Shown: positions 47,654 through 56,832, numbered from the stretch's first letter. The stretch: 64,000 nucleotides of DNA from an uncultured Solirubrobacterales bacterium (GCA_963770155.1 CAVYOE010000001.1:74165-138164), one strand, 5' to 3'. The notes: generated by a model from the letters alone, not told the origin. Numbers and translations are program-made.

Positions 47654-48434
47654 CTATGCCTCCGCCGCAACGCTCGACTCTTCAACACCCTCCGTGATCC
47701 AGCCGTATCCCTTCTCCTCGAGCTGCTCGACCAGCTCGGCGCCGCCTTCCTTGACGATCCGGCCCTGGTGGATGACGTGGACGAAGTCGGGCTTGACGAG
47801 ATGGAGGATGCGCTGGTAGTGGGTGATGATGAGCACGCCCATGTCGGGGCCGGCGAACTTGTTGACGCCCGCGGCCACGACCCTGAGCGCATCGATATCG
47901 AGCCCCGAGTCGGTCTCGTCGAGGACGGCGATCTCGGGCCGGAGCAGGGCCAGTTGGAGGATCTCCATCCGCTTCTTCTCGCCGCCGGAGAAGCCTTCGT
48001 TGAGGTAGCGGGAGGAGAAGTCCTCCGGGATGTTGACGAGGCTCATTGCCTCGGTGGCTTCCTTGCGGAAGTCCTTGAGCTTGATCGGATCCTCGCCCCG
48101 GGCCTCCCGCAGGGCGTTCATCATCATCCGCAGGTGCTTGGTCACGGTCACTCCGGGAATCGAGACCGGATACTGGAAGGCCATGAACAGGCCGGCGCGG
48201 GCGCGGTCTTCGGGGCTCGCCTCGGTGATCTCCTCGCCCTTGAAGGTGATCGAGCCCTCGGTCACTTCGAGCGCCGGGTGGCCCATGATCGCGTTTGCCA
48301 GGGTGGACTTGCCCGAGCCGTTGGGGCCCATCAGCGCGTGGACCTTGCCCTTCTCGACCATCGAGATTGAGGCCCTTGAGGATCTCCTTGTCCTCTGCAC
48401 TGACGTGGAGGTTGCGGATTTCAAGTTCTGCCAT
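47654..48434 (-). pseudogene. sufC: Fe-S assembly ATPase SufC, one frame break as sequenced
   Basis: N-terminus MAELEIRNLHVSAEDKEILKGLNL (ORF 47682..48434) continues in another frame as MVEKGKVHALMGPNGSGKSTL...FSGGEKKR...VLDETDSGLD (ORF 47654..48967). Break near 48363. Confidence 0.9.
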
Positions 48435-48485
48435 GTGGGTGGTCGTCTCCTGTGAGGGGTGTCTAGGTTGGGATCGCCGCCTGAA

Positions 48486-48967
48486 TCAGGCGGCGCCTGC
48501 CACGGCGGCCTTGCGGCTCGACTTGCGCTCGCCCCGGTCTGCGAACGCGACCAGGTCGGCGAGGGTGGTGCCGGCCAAGGCCTTGGTGACGCCGCCCTGG
48601 ACCCGGGTCCAGAGCAGCTTGGTGGCGCAGGTAGTCGGCGTCGGATTCGTGCGAGCACGACACCTTGCCTTCGGGCTCCTCGTGGAAGCACTCCATCGGT
48701 GCGATCGCACCCTCGAGCGCCTGCACCACCTCGAGCATCTCGATCTGCTTGGCGGGCTTGGCCAGCCGGTAACCGCCGTGGGCCCCCCGCTGGCTTTCGA
48801 CCAGGTCCGGCCTTGCGCAGCTTCGCGACCAGATGCTCGAGATAGGAGAGGGGCAGGTTCTCGGCCTCGGCGACAGCGCCGAGCGAGACCGGGGCCTCGC
48901 TTTGCGCCTGGCGGCCGAGCTCGACCATGAGGCGGACGCCGTACTCGGCTCTGGTTGAGAAAAGCAT
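48486..48967 (-). pseudogene. Rrf2 family transcriptional regulator with three Cys, two frame breaks as sequenced
   Basis: MLFSTRAEYGVRLMVELG...LSYLEHLVAKLRKAG, then LVESQRGAHGGYRLAKPAKQIEMLEVVQALEGAIAPMECF...CSHESDADY, then CATKLLWTRVQGGV...LADLV. Breaks near 48808 and 48631. Confidence 0.8.
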
Positions 48968-49048
48968 CGCGGTTCAAATCCTACCGAATGAGTCGGATAA
49001 GCGGTCTAAGTCCGGGCCGGGTCGCAATGCGATGGCCGCCGCGCCAAC

Positions 49049-49079
49049 TTGAGGGCCGGAGCAGGCGCCGTCATATAAT
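49049..49079 (+). promoter_or_regulatory. candidate sigma70-type promoter of htpX (TTGAGG-N19-TATAAT)
   Basis: Perfect TATAAT at 49074-49079, about 30 nt upstream of GAGGAG (49097-49102) and ATG 49110. The spacer is long (19 nt). Confidence 0.35.
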
Positions 49080-49109
49080 TCAGTCGACTTCAAACCGAGG
49101 AGCTACTTG

Positions 49110-49971
49110 ATGACGACCACAAAGCAGTCCAACTGGGGCGCGGCACTGAGAACGACGTTGCTGCTCGCGACCCTGACCGGCCTTCTGGTCGCCATCGGCG
49201 CAGTCATTGGAGGCCCCGAGGTCGCCGGCGGTTTCTTGGTGATGGCGCCTGCTCATGAACTTCGTCATGTTCTGGTTCAGCGACAAGATCGCGCTGAAGA
49301 TGGCCCGCGCGCAGCCGGTGAGCGAGCAGGAGGCACCGAAGCTTTACGAGATGGTCAGGGAGCTGACCACGCGCGCCGAGCTGCCGATGCCGAAGCTCTA
49401 CTTGATCCCGCAGCAGCAGCCGAACGCCTTCGCGACCGGCCGCAATCCGAAGAACTCGGCGGTCGCGGTGACCGAGGGCCTGGTCAACTTGATGGGTGAC
49501 GAGGAGCTCAAGGGCGTGCTCGCCCACGAGCTCGCCCATATCCGCAATCGCGACATCCTGATAACCACGATCGCCGCCGCCATCGGCGGCGCGATCACGT
49601 ACATCGGCTACATGCTGATGTGGTTCGGCGGCGACGACGAGTCTCCGCTTGGCCTGGTCGGCGCCCTGGCGTTGGCTCTGCTCGCCCCGCTTGCGGCCGG
49701 GCTGATCCAGATGGCCGTGTCGCGCCAGCGCGAGTTCTCCGCTGACGCGACCGGCGCCGAGTTCACAGGCAATCCCGAGGGACTGGCGACAGCGCTGCTG
49801 CGACTGGAAGCCGGCAGCGAGGCCGCCCCGATGCAGGTGAACCAGGCGACCGAGCCGCTCTACATCGTGAAGCCGTTCAGCGGCGGCGGTCTTGCCAGCC
49901 TCTTCTCCACCCACCCTCCGATCGAGGAGCGCGTCCGCCGCCTCCGCCAAATGCGGCCAGCCATTGCGTAG
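49110..49971 (+). pseudogene. htpX: zinc metalloprotease HtpX (M48), one frame break as sequenced
   Basis: N-terminal TM segment (ORF 49107..49499) joins ORF 49255..49971 at about 49250. [25 protein letters not shown] (HExxH), [11 protein letters not shown]. Confidence 0.9.
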
Positions 49972-50137
49972 CTGGTAGGCGGCGGGCATCACCCCCTCCG
50001 GGGGCTCAACTTAATCGCGCGCCGCAGGCGCTCTGTCTGATGCGACGCCAGTCGCACGCCCCGGCGGGGGTGGCGACCGCCGCCAACACCTCGCTATACT
50101 TTATGAAGTAATGCCGATCGGATTAAGGTATTTGGGC

Positions 50138-51314
50138 ATGGCCACCACTGAACCACTAGAACTGATCAAGAGCCGGATCGAGCAGCTGACGCCCGAGCAG
50201 GCGCGGGAGGAGCTGAGCTCGAACGGCGAGGTCGTCCTGCTCGACATCCGCGAGCCCCACGAGCACGCCGAGTCGCACCTCGAGGGCGATGTCCTGGTGC
50301 CGCCCGCCGAGGTCGCCGAGCGGATAGACGAGCTCGCTCCGGACACCTCGCAGCGGGTGATCCTCTACTGCCGCTCGGGCAACCGCTCGGCCCGTGCCGC
50401 CGACCTGCTCAAGCGCGAGTTCGGCTACGAGAACGCCGCCAATGTGGAGGGCGGCATCCTCGCCTGGGAGGAGAAAGGCCTGCCGGTCGCCTCTGAAGCC
50501 GGGATGGACGCGGAGCAGCGCGAGCGCTACTCCCGCCACACGCTGCTCCCCGAATTCGGCGTCGAGGGCCAGGTCAAGCTGCTCAACTCGAAGGTGCTCC
50601 TGATCGGCGCCGGCGGCCTCGGCTCGCCGACCGCCCTCTATCTCGCAGCGGCCGGGGTCGGGACCATCGGGCCTGATCGACGACGACGAGGTCGATTCAT
50701 CCAACCTTCAGCGTCAGGTGATTCACACGACCGACCGGGTCGGCACCCCCAAGACCGAATCGGCAAAGAAGACGATCGAGGCCCTCAATCCGGACGTCGA
50801 GGTGGTCGAGCACCGGACGCGGCTCGACGCTTCCAACATCCTCGAGATCATCGGCGACTACGACATCCTCGTCGACGGCGCCGACAACTTCCCCACCCGC
50901 TACCTGCTCAACGACGCCTCGGTCCGCCTGCGAAAGCCGGTCGTCTCCGCCTCGATCCTCGCCTTCGACGGGCAGATCTCGACCTTCGTCCCGTTCGAGG
51001 GTCCCTGCTACCGCTGCCTCTATCCGACCCCGCCGCCGGCCGAGCTCGCCCCGAGCTGCGGAGCCGCCGGCGTCCTCGGCGTGATGGCCGGGGTCATGGG
51101 CCTCCTGCAGGCAAACGAGGTGATCAAGCTGGCCGCCGGAATCGGGGAGCCGCTGATTGGGCGCCTCCTCCTTTATGAAGCGCTCGGCACTCGCTTCACC
51201 GAGCTCAAGGTCCGCCGCGACCCCGACTGCCCTATCTGCGGTGAGGATGCCCCGGAGATTCCCGAGTCGGAGATGGGCAAGTTCCCGGACTACGAGGCCT
51301 TCTGCGCCGCGTAG
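50138..51314 (+). pseudogene. rhodanese-ThiF/MoeB fusion (sulfur-carrier adenylyltransferase/sulfurtransferase, MoeZ-like but rhodanese N-terminal), one frame break as sequenced
   Basis: Rhodanese YCRSGNRS. Thi[29 protein letters not shown]. Frame break near 50670 (..GVGTIG / [15 protein letters not shown]). Two CxxC pairs (CYRC, CPIC). Confidence 0.85.
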
Positions 51315-51364
51315 TTCCGCGGGTGGTATCCCCTGGCGATGGCTCTGACGTAGGGTTCCGCGCG

Positions 51365-51643
51365 ATGCCGACCGTCAAGGTTCCGCCCGTTCTGCGCCAG
51401 CACACCGATGGTGAAGCCGAGGTGAGCGCCGACGGGGCGACGGTCGGCGAGGTCCTGCGCGCGGTCGCGGCGAAGCACCCGGCGACCGAGGATCAGCTGT
51501 TCTCGCCCGAGGGCGACTTGAACCGCTACGTCAACGTGTACCTGAACGACGAGGACGTTCGGGTGCTCGAAGGGCTCGACACCCCGGCCTCCGACTCGGA
51601 CACCGTGGTCCTCCTGCCGGCGATGGCCGGCGGTGCTAGCTAG
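51365..51643 (+). CDS. cysO: ThiS/MoaD-family ubiquitin-like sulfur carrier (CysO-like) ending ...AMAGGAS
   Basis: 92 aa. The pattern VKVPPVLRQHTDGEAEV...VNVYLNDEDVR...DTVVLLPAMAGG fits the family. ATG 51365. Confidence 0.75.
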   Translation: MPTVKVPPVLRQHTDGEAEVSADGATVGEVLRAVAAKHPATEDQLFSPEGDLNRYVNVYLNDEDVRVLEGLDTPASDSDTVVLLPAMAGGAS

Positions 51644-51683
51644 CGCTTCTGCCACCGGCCGGAAGGCGGTACAAATAGAGCCG

Positions 51684-52283
51684 ATGGGACGACGGAGGAC
51701 ACTGGTGGCGGCGCTGTTTTCCGCGATGGCGGTGGTGGCCATGCCGCTGGTCGGTGACGCTGGGGCCTATGAGGGGACCAAGAGCATTGCCGGGAAGTTC
51801 TCCGGCTTGACCGAGGACGGAGGCACGGTCAGCTTCAGGATCACCCGCTCGGGCAAAGTCGTGGACTTCACGCTCGGCCCGACGACCCTGTACTGCGTGA
51901 CCGATCCCTCCACGGACCTGAACCACTTCCCCGAATTGAAGGCCGAATACACGAAGACGATCACGATCACCCACGGGTCGATCCAGATGCAGGGACGGTC
52001 GAAGAAGAACCGCCAGGGCAAGAAGTACGAGTTCAGCGATCCGTATCCGGGTCCGACGGTGGCATCGCAAGGAGGCTTCTACGAGGGGAAGGCCGACTAC
52101 CTGCAGCGAGGGTCCCGGGTGGTGGGCACCGGGATGAGGGGCCAGGTCATCTACGGCTCCCAGACCGGCGACGCCAGTCTCGTCGGAACCGAGCGCTGCT
52201 CGACCAAGTACGTCGACTGGGCGGCGAAGCGACCCCGCGACCCCGGCAAGATGTACCTGCGCGGCGGCATCATCGTGCAGTGA
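51684..52283 (+). CDS. hypothetical secreted protein
   Basis: Signal-like RRRTLVAALFSAMAVVAMPLVGDAGA. No family recognised. Confidence 0.4.
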   Translation: MGRRRTLVAALFSAMAVVAMPLVGDAGAYEGTKSIAGKFSGLTEDGGTVSFRITRSGKVVDFTLGPTTLYCVTDPSTDLNHFPELKAEYTKTITITHGSIQMQGRSKKNRQGKKYEFSDPYPGPTVASQGGFYEGKADYLQRGSRVVGTGMRGQVIYGSQTGDASLVGTERCSTKYVDWAAKRPRDPGKMYLRGGIIVQ

Positions 52284-52309
52284 GCCCGGGCGTCCCCGAC
52301 CGGGCGCCG

Positions 52310-53077
52310 CTAGTGCTCCAGGACCAGACCTAAGAACTTCTTCGTGCGCTCCTCGCGGGGCTGGTCGATGACCTGCGCGGGGGGCCCCTGTTCGACGATC
52401 TTCCCTTCGTCCATGAAGATGACCCGGTCGCCGACGTCGCGGGCGAATCCCATCTCGTGGGTGACCACGATCATCGTCATTCCCTCGGCGGCGAGCTCGC
52501 GCATCACGTCGAGCACCTCCTTGACCAGCTCGGGATCGAGCGCGCTGGTCACCTCGTCGAACAGCATCACGTGCGGGTCCATTGCCAGCGCCCGCGCGAT
52601 CGCGACCCGCTGCTGCTGGCCGCCCGACAGGCGCTCGGGGTACTCGTTGACCTTGTCGGCGAGGCCGACCCTGTCGAGCAGCCGCGTCGCCTTCTGCTTC
52701 ACCTCGTCGGCGGGGCGGCCGAGCACCCGCTGGGGCCCGAGCGCCACGTTCTCGACCGCGCTCAAGTGAGGGAACAGGTTGAACTGCTGGAAGACCATCC
52801 CGACTCGCTGGCGGACATAGTCGACCTCCCAGCCGGCTTCGCCCTCGCCGGACCCGGGCCCCTTGCAGATGTTGCGGCCCTCGAAGACGATCTCCCCCTC
52901 CTCGGGAGGCTCGAGCATGTTGATGCAGCGCAGCAGCGTGCTCTTGCCCGACCCGCTCGGCCCGATCACGCAGACCACCTCGCCCCGGGCGACCTCGAGG
53001 TCGATCCCACGCAGGACGTGAAGATCGCCGAAGCGCTTCTGCACTCCTTCCAGCCGAAGGATCTTCTCGTCGCTCAT
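52310..53077 (-). CDS. polar amino-acid ABC transporter ATP-binding protein (GlnQ-like)
   Basis: [47 protein letters not shown]. Confidence 0.9.
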   Translation of the reverse strand: MSDEKILRLEGVQKRFGDLHVLRGIDLEVARGEVVCVIGPSGSGKSTLLRCINMLEPPEEGEIVFEGRNICKGPGSGEGEAGWEVDYVRQRVGMVFQQFNLFPHLSAVENVALGPQRVLGRPADEVKQKATRLLDRVGLADKVNEYPERLSGGQQQRVAIARALAMDPHVMLFDEVTSALDPELVKEVLDVMRELAAEGMTMIVVTHEMGFARDVGDRVIFMDEGKIVEQGPPAQVIDQPREERTKKFLGLVLEH

Positions 53078-53081
53078 GTGC

Positions 53082-53864
53082 TCATGGTGTGGTTGCGGGT
53101 GAGGCGCCGGCGGGGACCGCCGGGCCCGCCCCGGTCCGCTCGTAGCGGCGCTGTTGGCGCTTGATCAGGTAGTCGATGAAGCGTGCGAGCGGGATCGTCA
53201 CCACCAGAAACATCAGCGCGCCCAGCGTAAGCGCCGAACTGTTGAAGGTGTCGGACTGGACGTCGCGGCCGGCCTGCACCACCTCGACCAGCCCGATCGC
53301 GCTGACCAGGGCGGTGTCCTTCATCAACGCGATGAAGTCGTTCAGCAGGGGCGGAATCACTTTCCGCACCGCCTGCGGCACGATCACGAACCGCATCGCC
53401 TGCATGTGGTTCATCCCGAGCGAGCGTGCCGCCTCGGTTTGTCCGTCCGGGACCGCTTCGATCCCGGCGCGGTAGACCTCGGCCATGTAGGCGCCGTAGG
53501 TGATCGTGATCGCGATCACTCCGTACCAGAAGGGATCGGGCTTGCCGAACCATTGCGGGATCCCGATCTCGCGCGGCAGCACGTCCTCCTGCGCCAGCGC
53601 TCCGAGGCTCCCTGAGATCAGCAGGATCACGAGCAGCACCGGTATTCCGCGGAAGGCATCGATGTAGGCGATCGCCAGACCGCGGAGCGGCATCCCGGCC
53701 CGCCCCGGTGCCTGGCGCATCAGCGCCAGCACCAGTCCCCAGATCAGCGACAGAATCCCCGCGACCAGCGAGAGTTGGATCGTTTCCCAGAATCCGTCGA
53801 GGACGAAGCTGAAGTTGTCATTGATCACCTCGAGGTCGAAGTACTGCTCGCGAATCGCATCCAT
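53082..53864 (-). CDS. polar amino-acid ABC transporter permease (HisMQ family)
   Basis: [22 protein letters not shown] (EAA loop). 260 aa and hydrophobic. Confidence 0.88.
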   Translation of the reverse strand: MDAIREQYFDLEVINDNFSFVLDGFWETIQLSLVAGILSLIWGLVLALMRQAPGRAGMPLRGLAIAYIDAFRGIPVLLVILLISGSLGALAQEDVLPREIGIPQWFGKPDPFWYGVIAITITYGAYMAEVYRAGIEAVPDGQTEAARSLGMNHMQAMRFVIVPQAVRKVIPPLLNDFIALMKDTALVSAIGLVEVVQAGRDVQSDTFNSSALTLGALMFLVVTIPLARFIDYLIKRQQRRYERTGAGPAVPAGASPATTP

Positions 53865-53921
53865 CTCGGCTCCTATCCGCTCTTGGGGAATAGCCGCGGC
53901 TGCGGCGCGGTGAGGCTATAG

Positions 53922-53954
53922 ACAAAAGAAAGGGGCGCCAGAGGCGCCCCTTTC
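53922..53954 (-). terminator. intrinsic terminator/attenuator hairpin between the SBP and permease genes
   Basis: Perfect 11-bp stem AAAGGGGCGCC-aga-GGCGCCCCTTT (53929-53953), followed on the minus strand by CTTTTGTC. Confidence 0.65.
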
Positions 53955-53977
53955 AGGTCGTCCACGGTCAGAGCCGG

Positions 53978-54928
53978 TTATGGAGTCGCTTCAACTCCGG
54001 TGTCGGTCTCCTCCGTCGTTTCGGTGGTCTCCTCCGTGGTCCCGGTTGTCTCCTTCGCACCGGTGGCCGGCTCTTCTGCATCCGGTTCGTGGGTGCCTTC
54101 GAGCACGGAGGCGGTCGGCTTCACGCCGGGGAACCATGTCTCGTAGATCTCCTCGAGCGTGCCGTCCTCCTTCATTTCCTGGAGGGCGCCATTGATGGCC
54201 TCGCGGAGGGCGTCTGACTCCTCGCTGAAGGCGAGCCCGTAGAGCTCGTCCGTCTTGATCGTTTCGGCGAGCTCGACATTCTCCGCTCCGGTGTCGATCA
54301 GCTCCTTGACCACCGGCTCGTCGAGGATCACTGCCTCGACCTGACCGGCGGAGAGGGCATTGATCGCGTCTGCGCCTTCGGGGAAGCCGCGCACTTCAGC
54401 CGCGTCGGTCTCCTCGTTGGCGTAATCCTCGCCGGTGGTGCCGTCCTGGGCGCCGACAGTGGCGCCGGCAAGATCGGCGGTGGTCTTGATGTCCGAACCG
54501 GGCGAGACCGCGAGAGCCTGTTGGGCCTCGTAGTAGGGGTCGGAGAAGTCGACCTGCTTCTCGCGCTCCGGCGTGATCGTGGTTGCCGAAGCGACCATGT
54601 CGAACTTGCCCTGGGCCTGATCTCGGAAGATCGTGTCGAACGAGGTGTCCTCGTACTCGGCCTTGAGCCCGAGCCGCTTGGCGATCTCGTTGACCACGTC
54701 GATGTCGTAGCCCTCGTAGTTGGGCGCCTTGCCCTGCTCGAATGGCTCGAACGGGATATCCGAGCCGACCAGGAGCGTTCCTTCGCTGATCAGGCCGAGA
54801 TCCTCTGCGGCCGTGGTGGCGGTCGTCTCTTCGCCGCCATCGTCGTCATCGTCGCCGCAACCGGCGATGACGCCGGTGGCGAGCAGGCCGCAGATCGCGA
54901 GCACGATCAGCAATAAGCGTTTTCTCAT
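53978..54928 (-). CDS. polar amino-acid ABC transporter substrate-binding lipoprotein
   Basis: Lipobox GVIAGCGDD. SBP_bac_3-like GYDIDVVNEIAKRLGL...FDMVASATTITPERE...FSDPYY. Thr/Glu-rich C-terminal tail. Confidence 0.88.
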   Translation of the reverse strand: MRKRLLLIVLAICGLLATGVIAGCGDDDDDGGEETTATTAAEDLGLISEGTLLVGSDIPFEPFEQGKAPNYEGYDIDVVNEIAKRLGLKAEYEDTSFDTIFRDQAQGKFDMVASATTITPEREKQVDFSDPYYEAQQALAVSPGSDIKTTADLAGATVGAQDGTTGEDYANEETDAAEVRGFPEGADAINALSAGQVEAVILDEPVVKELIDTGAENVELAETIKTDELYGLAFSEESDALREAINGALQEMKEDGTLEEIYETWFPGVKPTASVLEGTHEPDAEEPATGAKETTGTTEETTETTEETDTGVEATP

Positions 54929-55050
54929 TCGGGTTCCTCTCTCCTTACGCGTGGGGGTTGAGTCGGCGCGAACATATCCCCTGGCGAGCGGCGGTGCGGT
55001 CGACCTCCCAATACTTCAATTTGTGAAGCGTATACTGGGCGCGATCGCTG

Positions 55051-56016
55051 ATGGCCGAACCGGTTCTCAATCGACCCTGCGGGGGGCGCTTCAAGGACGT
55101 GGTCGAGTCGATCGGCAACACGCCGATCGTCGAGCTGCCGACGCTCTCGCCCAAGGAGGGTGTGCACATCTGGGCCAAGCTCGAGGGCCAGAACCCGACC
55201 GGCTCGGTCAAGGACCGCGTTGCCAAGGCGATGATGGAGGACGCCGAGGAGAAGGGCGCGATCGCAGAGGGACAGACGGTTCTCGAGCCGACCTCCGGCA
55301 ACACCGGGATCTCGCTCGGGATGATCTGCCGGCGCAAGGGCTATCCGCTCAAAGTCGTGATGCCCGACAACGTCACTGAGGAGCGCAGCCAGCTGCTGCG
55401 CATGTACGGCGCGGAGATCGTCTATTCAGAGGGCGCCAAGGGCTCGAACGGCGCGGTCGAATTGGCGCTCGAGATGGTCGAGCAGGACTCCTCCTATTAC
55501 ATGCCCTACCAGTACGGCAACGAGGCCAATCCGCGAGCGCACTACGAGGGGACAGCGTGCGAGATCCTCGAGGAGCTTGAAGAGGTCGCGGCCTTTGTCG
55601 GCGGGCTCGGCACCGGTGGCACGCTCATGGGCAACGGCCGCCGGCTCAAAGAAAACGACCCGGAGACCAAGATCGTCGCGGCCGAGCCGATGCAGGGCGA
55701 GCTCGTCCAGGGCTTGCGCTCTCTCGACGACGGCTTCATCCCTCCGATCATCGACATCTCCCTGTTCGACCGCAAGATCATGGTCTCCAACACCGACGCG
55801 ATCGTCTGGACCAAGAAGCTGCTGGAGGAGGAAGGGCTGTTCGCAGGTGTCTCTGCCGGTGCGATCGCCTCGGTCGCGGTCCGGATTGCGGGAGAGCTCG
55901 ACGAGGGCAACGTGGTCTTCCTCGTGCCGGACGACGGCTGGAAGTACCTCTCATCCGGCGTCTACACCAAGCCGGTGGAGGAGCTCGAAGGCATCGACTC
56001 GACTGTTTGGTGGTAG
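55051..56016 (+). CDS. cysM: PLP-dependent cysteine synthase (CysM-type)
   Basis: IGNTPIVEL, NPTGSVKDR (PLP lysine), TSGNTGISLG, GLGTGGTLMG. Confidence 0.9.
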   Translation: MAEPVLNRPCGGRFKDVVESIGNTPIVELPTLSPKEGVHIWAKLEGQNPTGSVKDRVAKAMMEDAEEKGAIAEGQTVLEPTSGNTGISLGMICRRKGYPLKVVMPDNVTEERSQLLRMYGAEIVYSEGAKGSNGAVELALEMVEQDSSYYMPYQYGNEANPRAHYEGTACEILEELEEVAAFVGGLGTGGTLMGNGRRLKENDPETKIVAAEPMQGELVQGLRSLDDGFIPPIIDISLFDRKIMVSNTDAIVWTKKLLEEEGLFAGVSAGAIASVAVRIAGELDEGNVVFLVPDDGWKYLSSGVYTKPVEELEGIDSTVWW

Positions 56017-56822
56017 CCGGCCCGCCGCCCGAGCGGCTCGAGGCGGCCGCCGAGCGGGTCCGGGAGCTGGCCGCCGAATACGAACCGCCGGATTTCGGGC
56101 ACGTGCCGAACGCCGATGCGGCGCTGTTCCTGAGCGCGATCGACCACGGCACCGGGTATGAGCGCCCGCACCAGGTCCGGGGCGAGGGCCCCTACGAGGG
56201 CAGCGCCCTGCTCTGGGCCCTGGGGGTGGCGGAGGAGGAAGAGGTGCCCGGCACGCTCACGGCCGAGGCGCTCGCCGACGCCGACGAGGACCTGGTCGAG
56301 GACCTCTTCTCGATCGAAGGAGAGACGGTCAGCGCGCCGGGTGAGCGCGCCCGCCTCTGGAGTGATCTGGCCGTGAAGCTGGGCGAGGACTACGACGGGC
56401 AGGCGATGGAGCTGATCGCCGCCGCCCGCTCGCGGCTCGGCGGCGAGGGCGGCATGCTGGAGCGGCTGGCGGCGTTCGAGGCGTTCTCGGATCCGCTGCG
56501 CAAGAAGAGCTTCCTCTTCTGCAAGATCGCCGAGCGGCGGGGCTGGCTCGAGGTGACCGATCCCGAAAGCTGGGAGGTCTGCGGTGACAGCGTCCTCATG
56601 CGGCTTGCCCTACGGGCCGGCCTGGCCGAGGAGGGACCGGTCGAGCAGGTCCGCGAGGCGACCGTGCGCGCTTTCGGCGCCGTCGCAGAGCGGGCCGGGC
56701 TGGCGCCTACGGTCCTCGACGACCTTCTCTGGGAGCGTGGCCGCGAAGACGCCGACCTGCTCGGCACCGACGCCGGCGACCTGAGCGAGCCACCGCGTCC
56801 GCCGGGCGGGCACTTCTATTAG
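56007..56822 (+). CDS. hypothetical protein; faint resemblance to the DUF2419/Qng1-like fold (very tentative)
   Basis: 271 aa. The TTG start overlaps the cysM stop by 10 nt. DPLRKKSFLFCKIAERRGW and LDDLLWERG loosely recall Qng1-family motifs. Confidence 0.5.
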   Translation: MVVAGPPPERLEAAAERVRELAAEYEPPDFGHVPNADAALFLSAIDHGTGYERPHQVRGEGPYEGSALLWALGVAEEEEVPGTLTAEALADADEDLVEDLFSIEGETVSAPGERARLWSDLAVKLGEDYDGQAMELIAAARSRLGGEGGMLERLAAFEAFSDPLRKKSFLFCKIAERRGWLEVTDPESWEVCGDSVLMRLALRAGLAEEGPVEQVREATVRAFGAVAERAGLAPTVLDDLLWERGREDADLLGTDAGDLSEPPRPPGGHFY

Positions 56823-56832
56823 CTTCACCACG

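Noticed and set aside
49972-50137. 166-nt leader before the rhodanese-ThiF gene with small hairpins (TGCGAC-gcca-GTCGCA and others), considered as a riboswitch or sRNA
   Set aside because: I see no match to any riboswitch core I can recall (SAM, THF, Moco). The short stems are unremarkable in GC-rich DNA.
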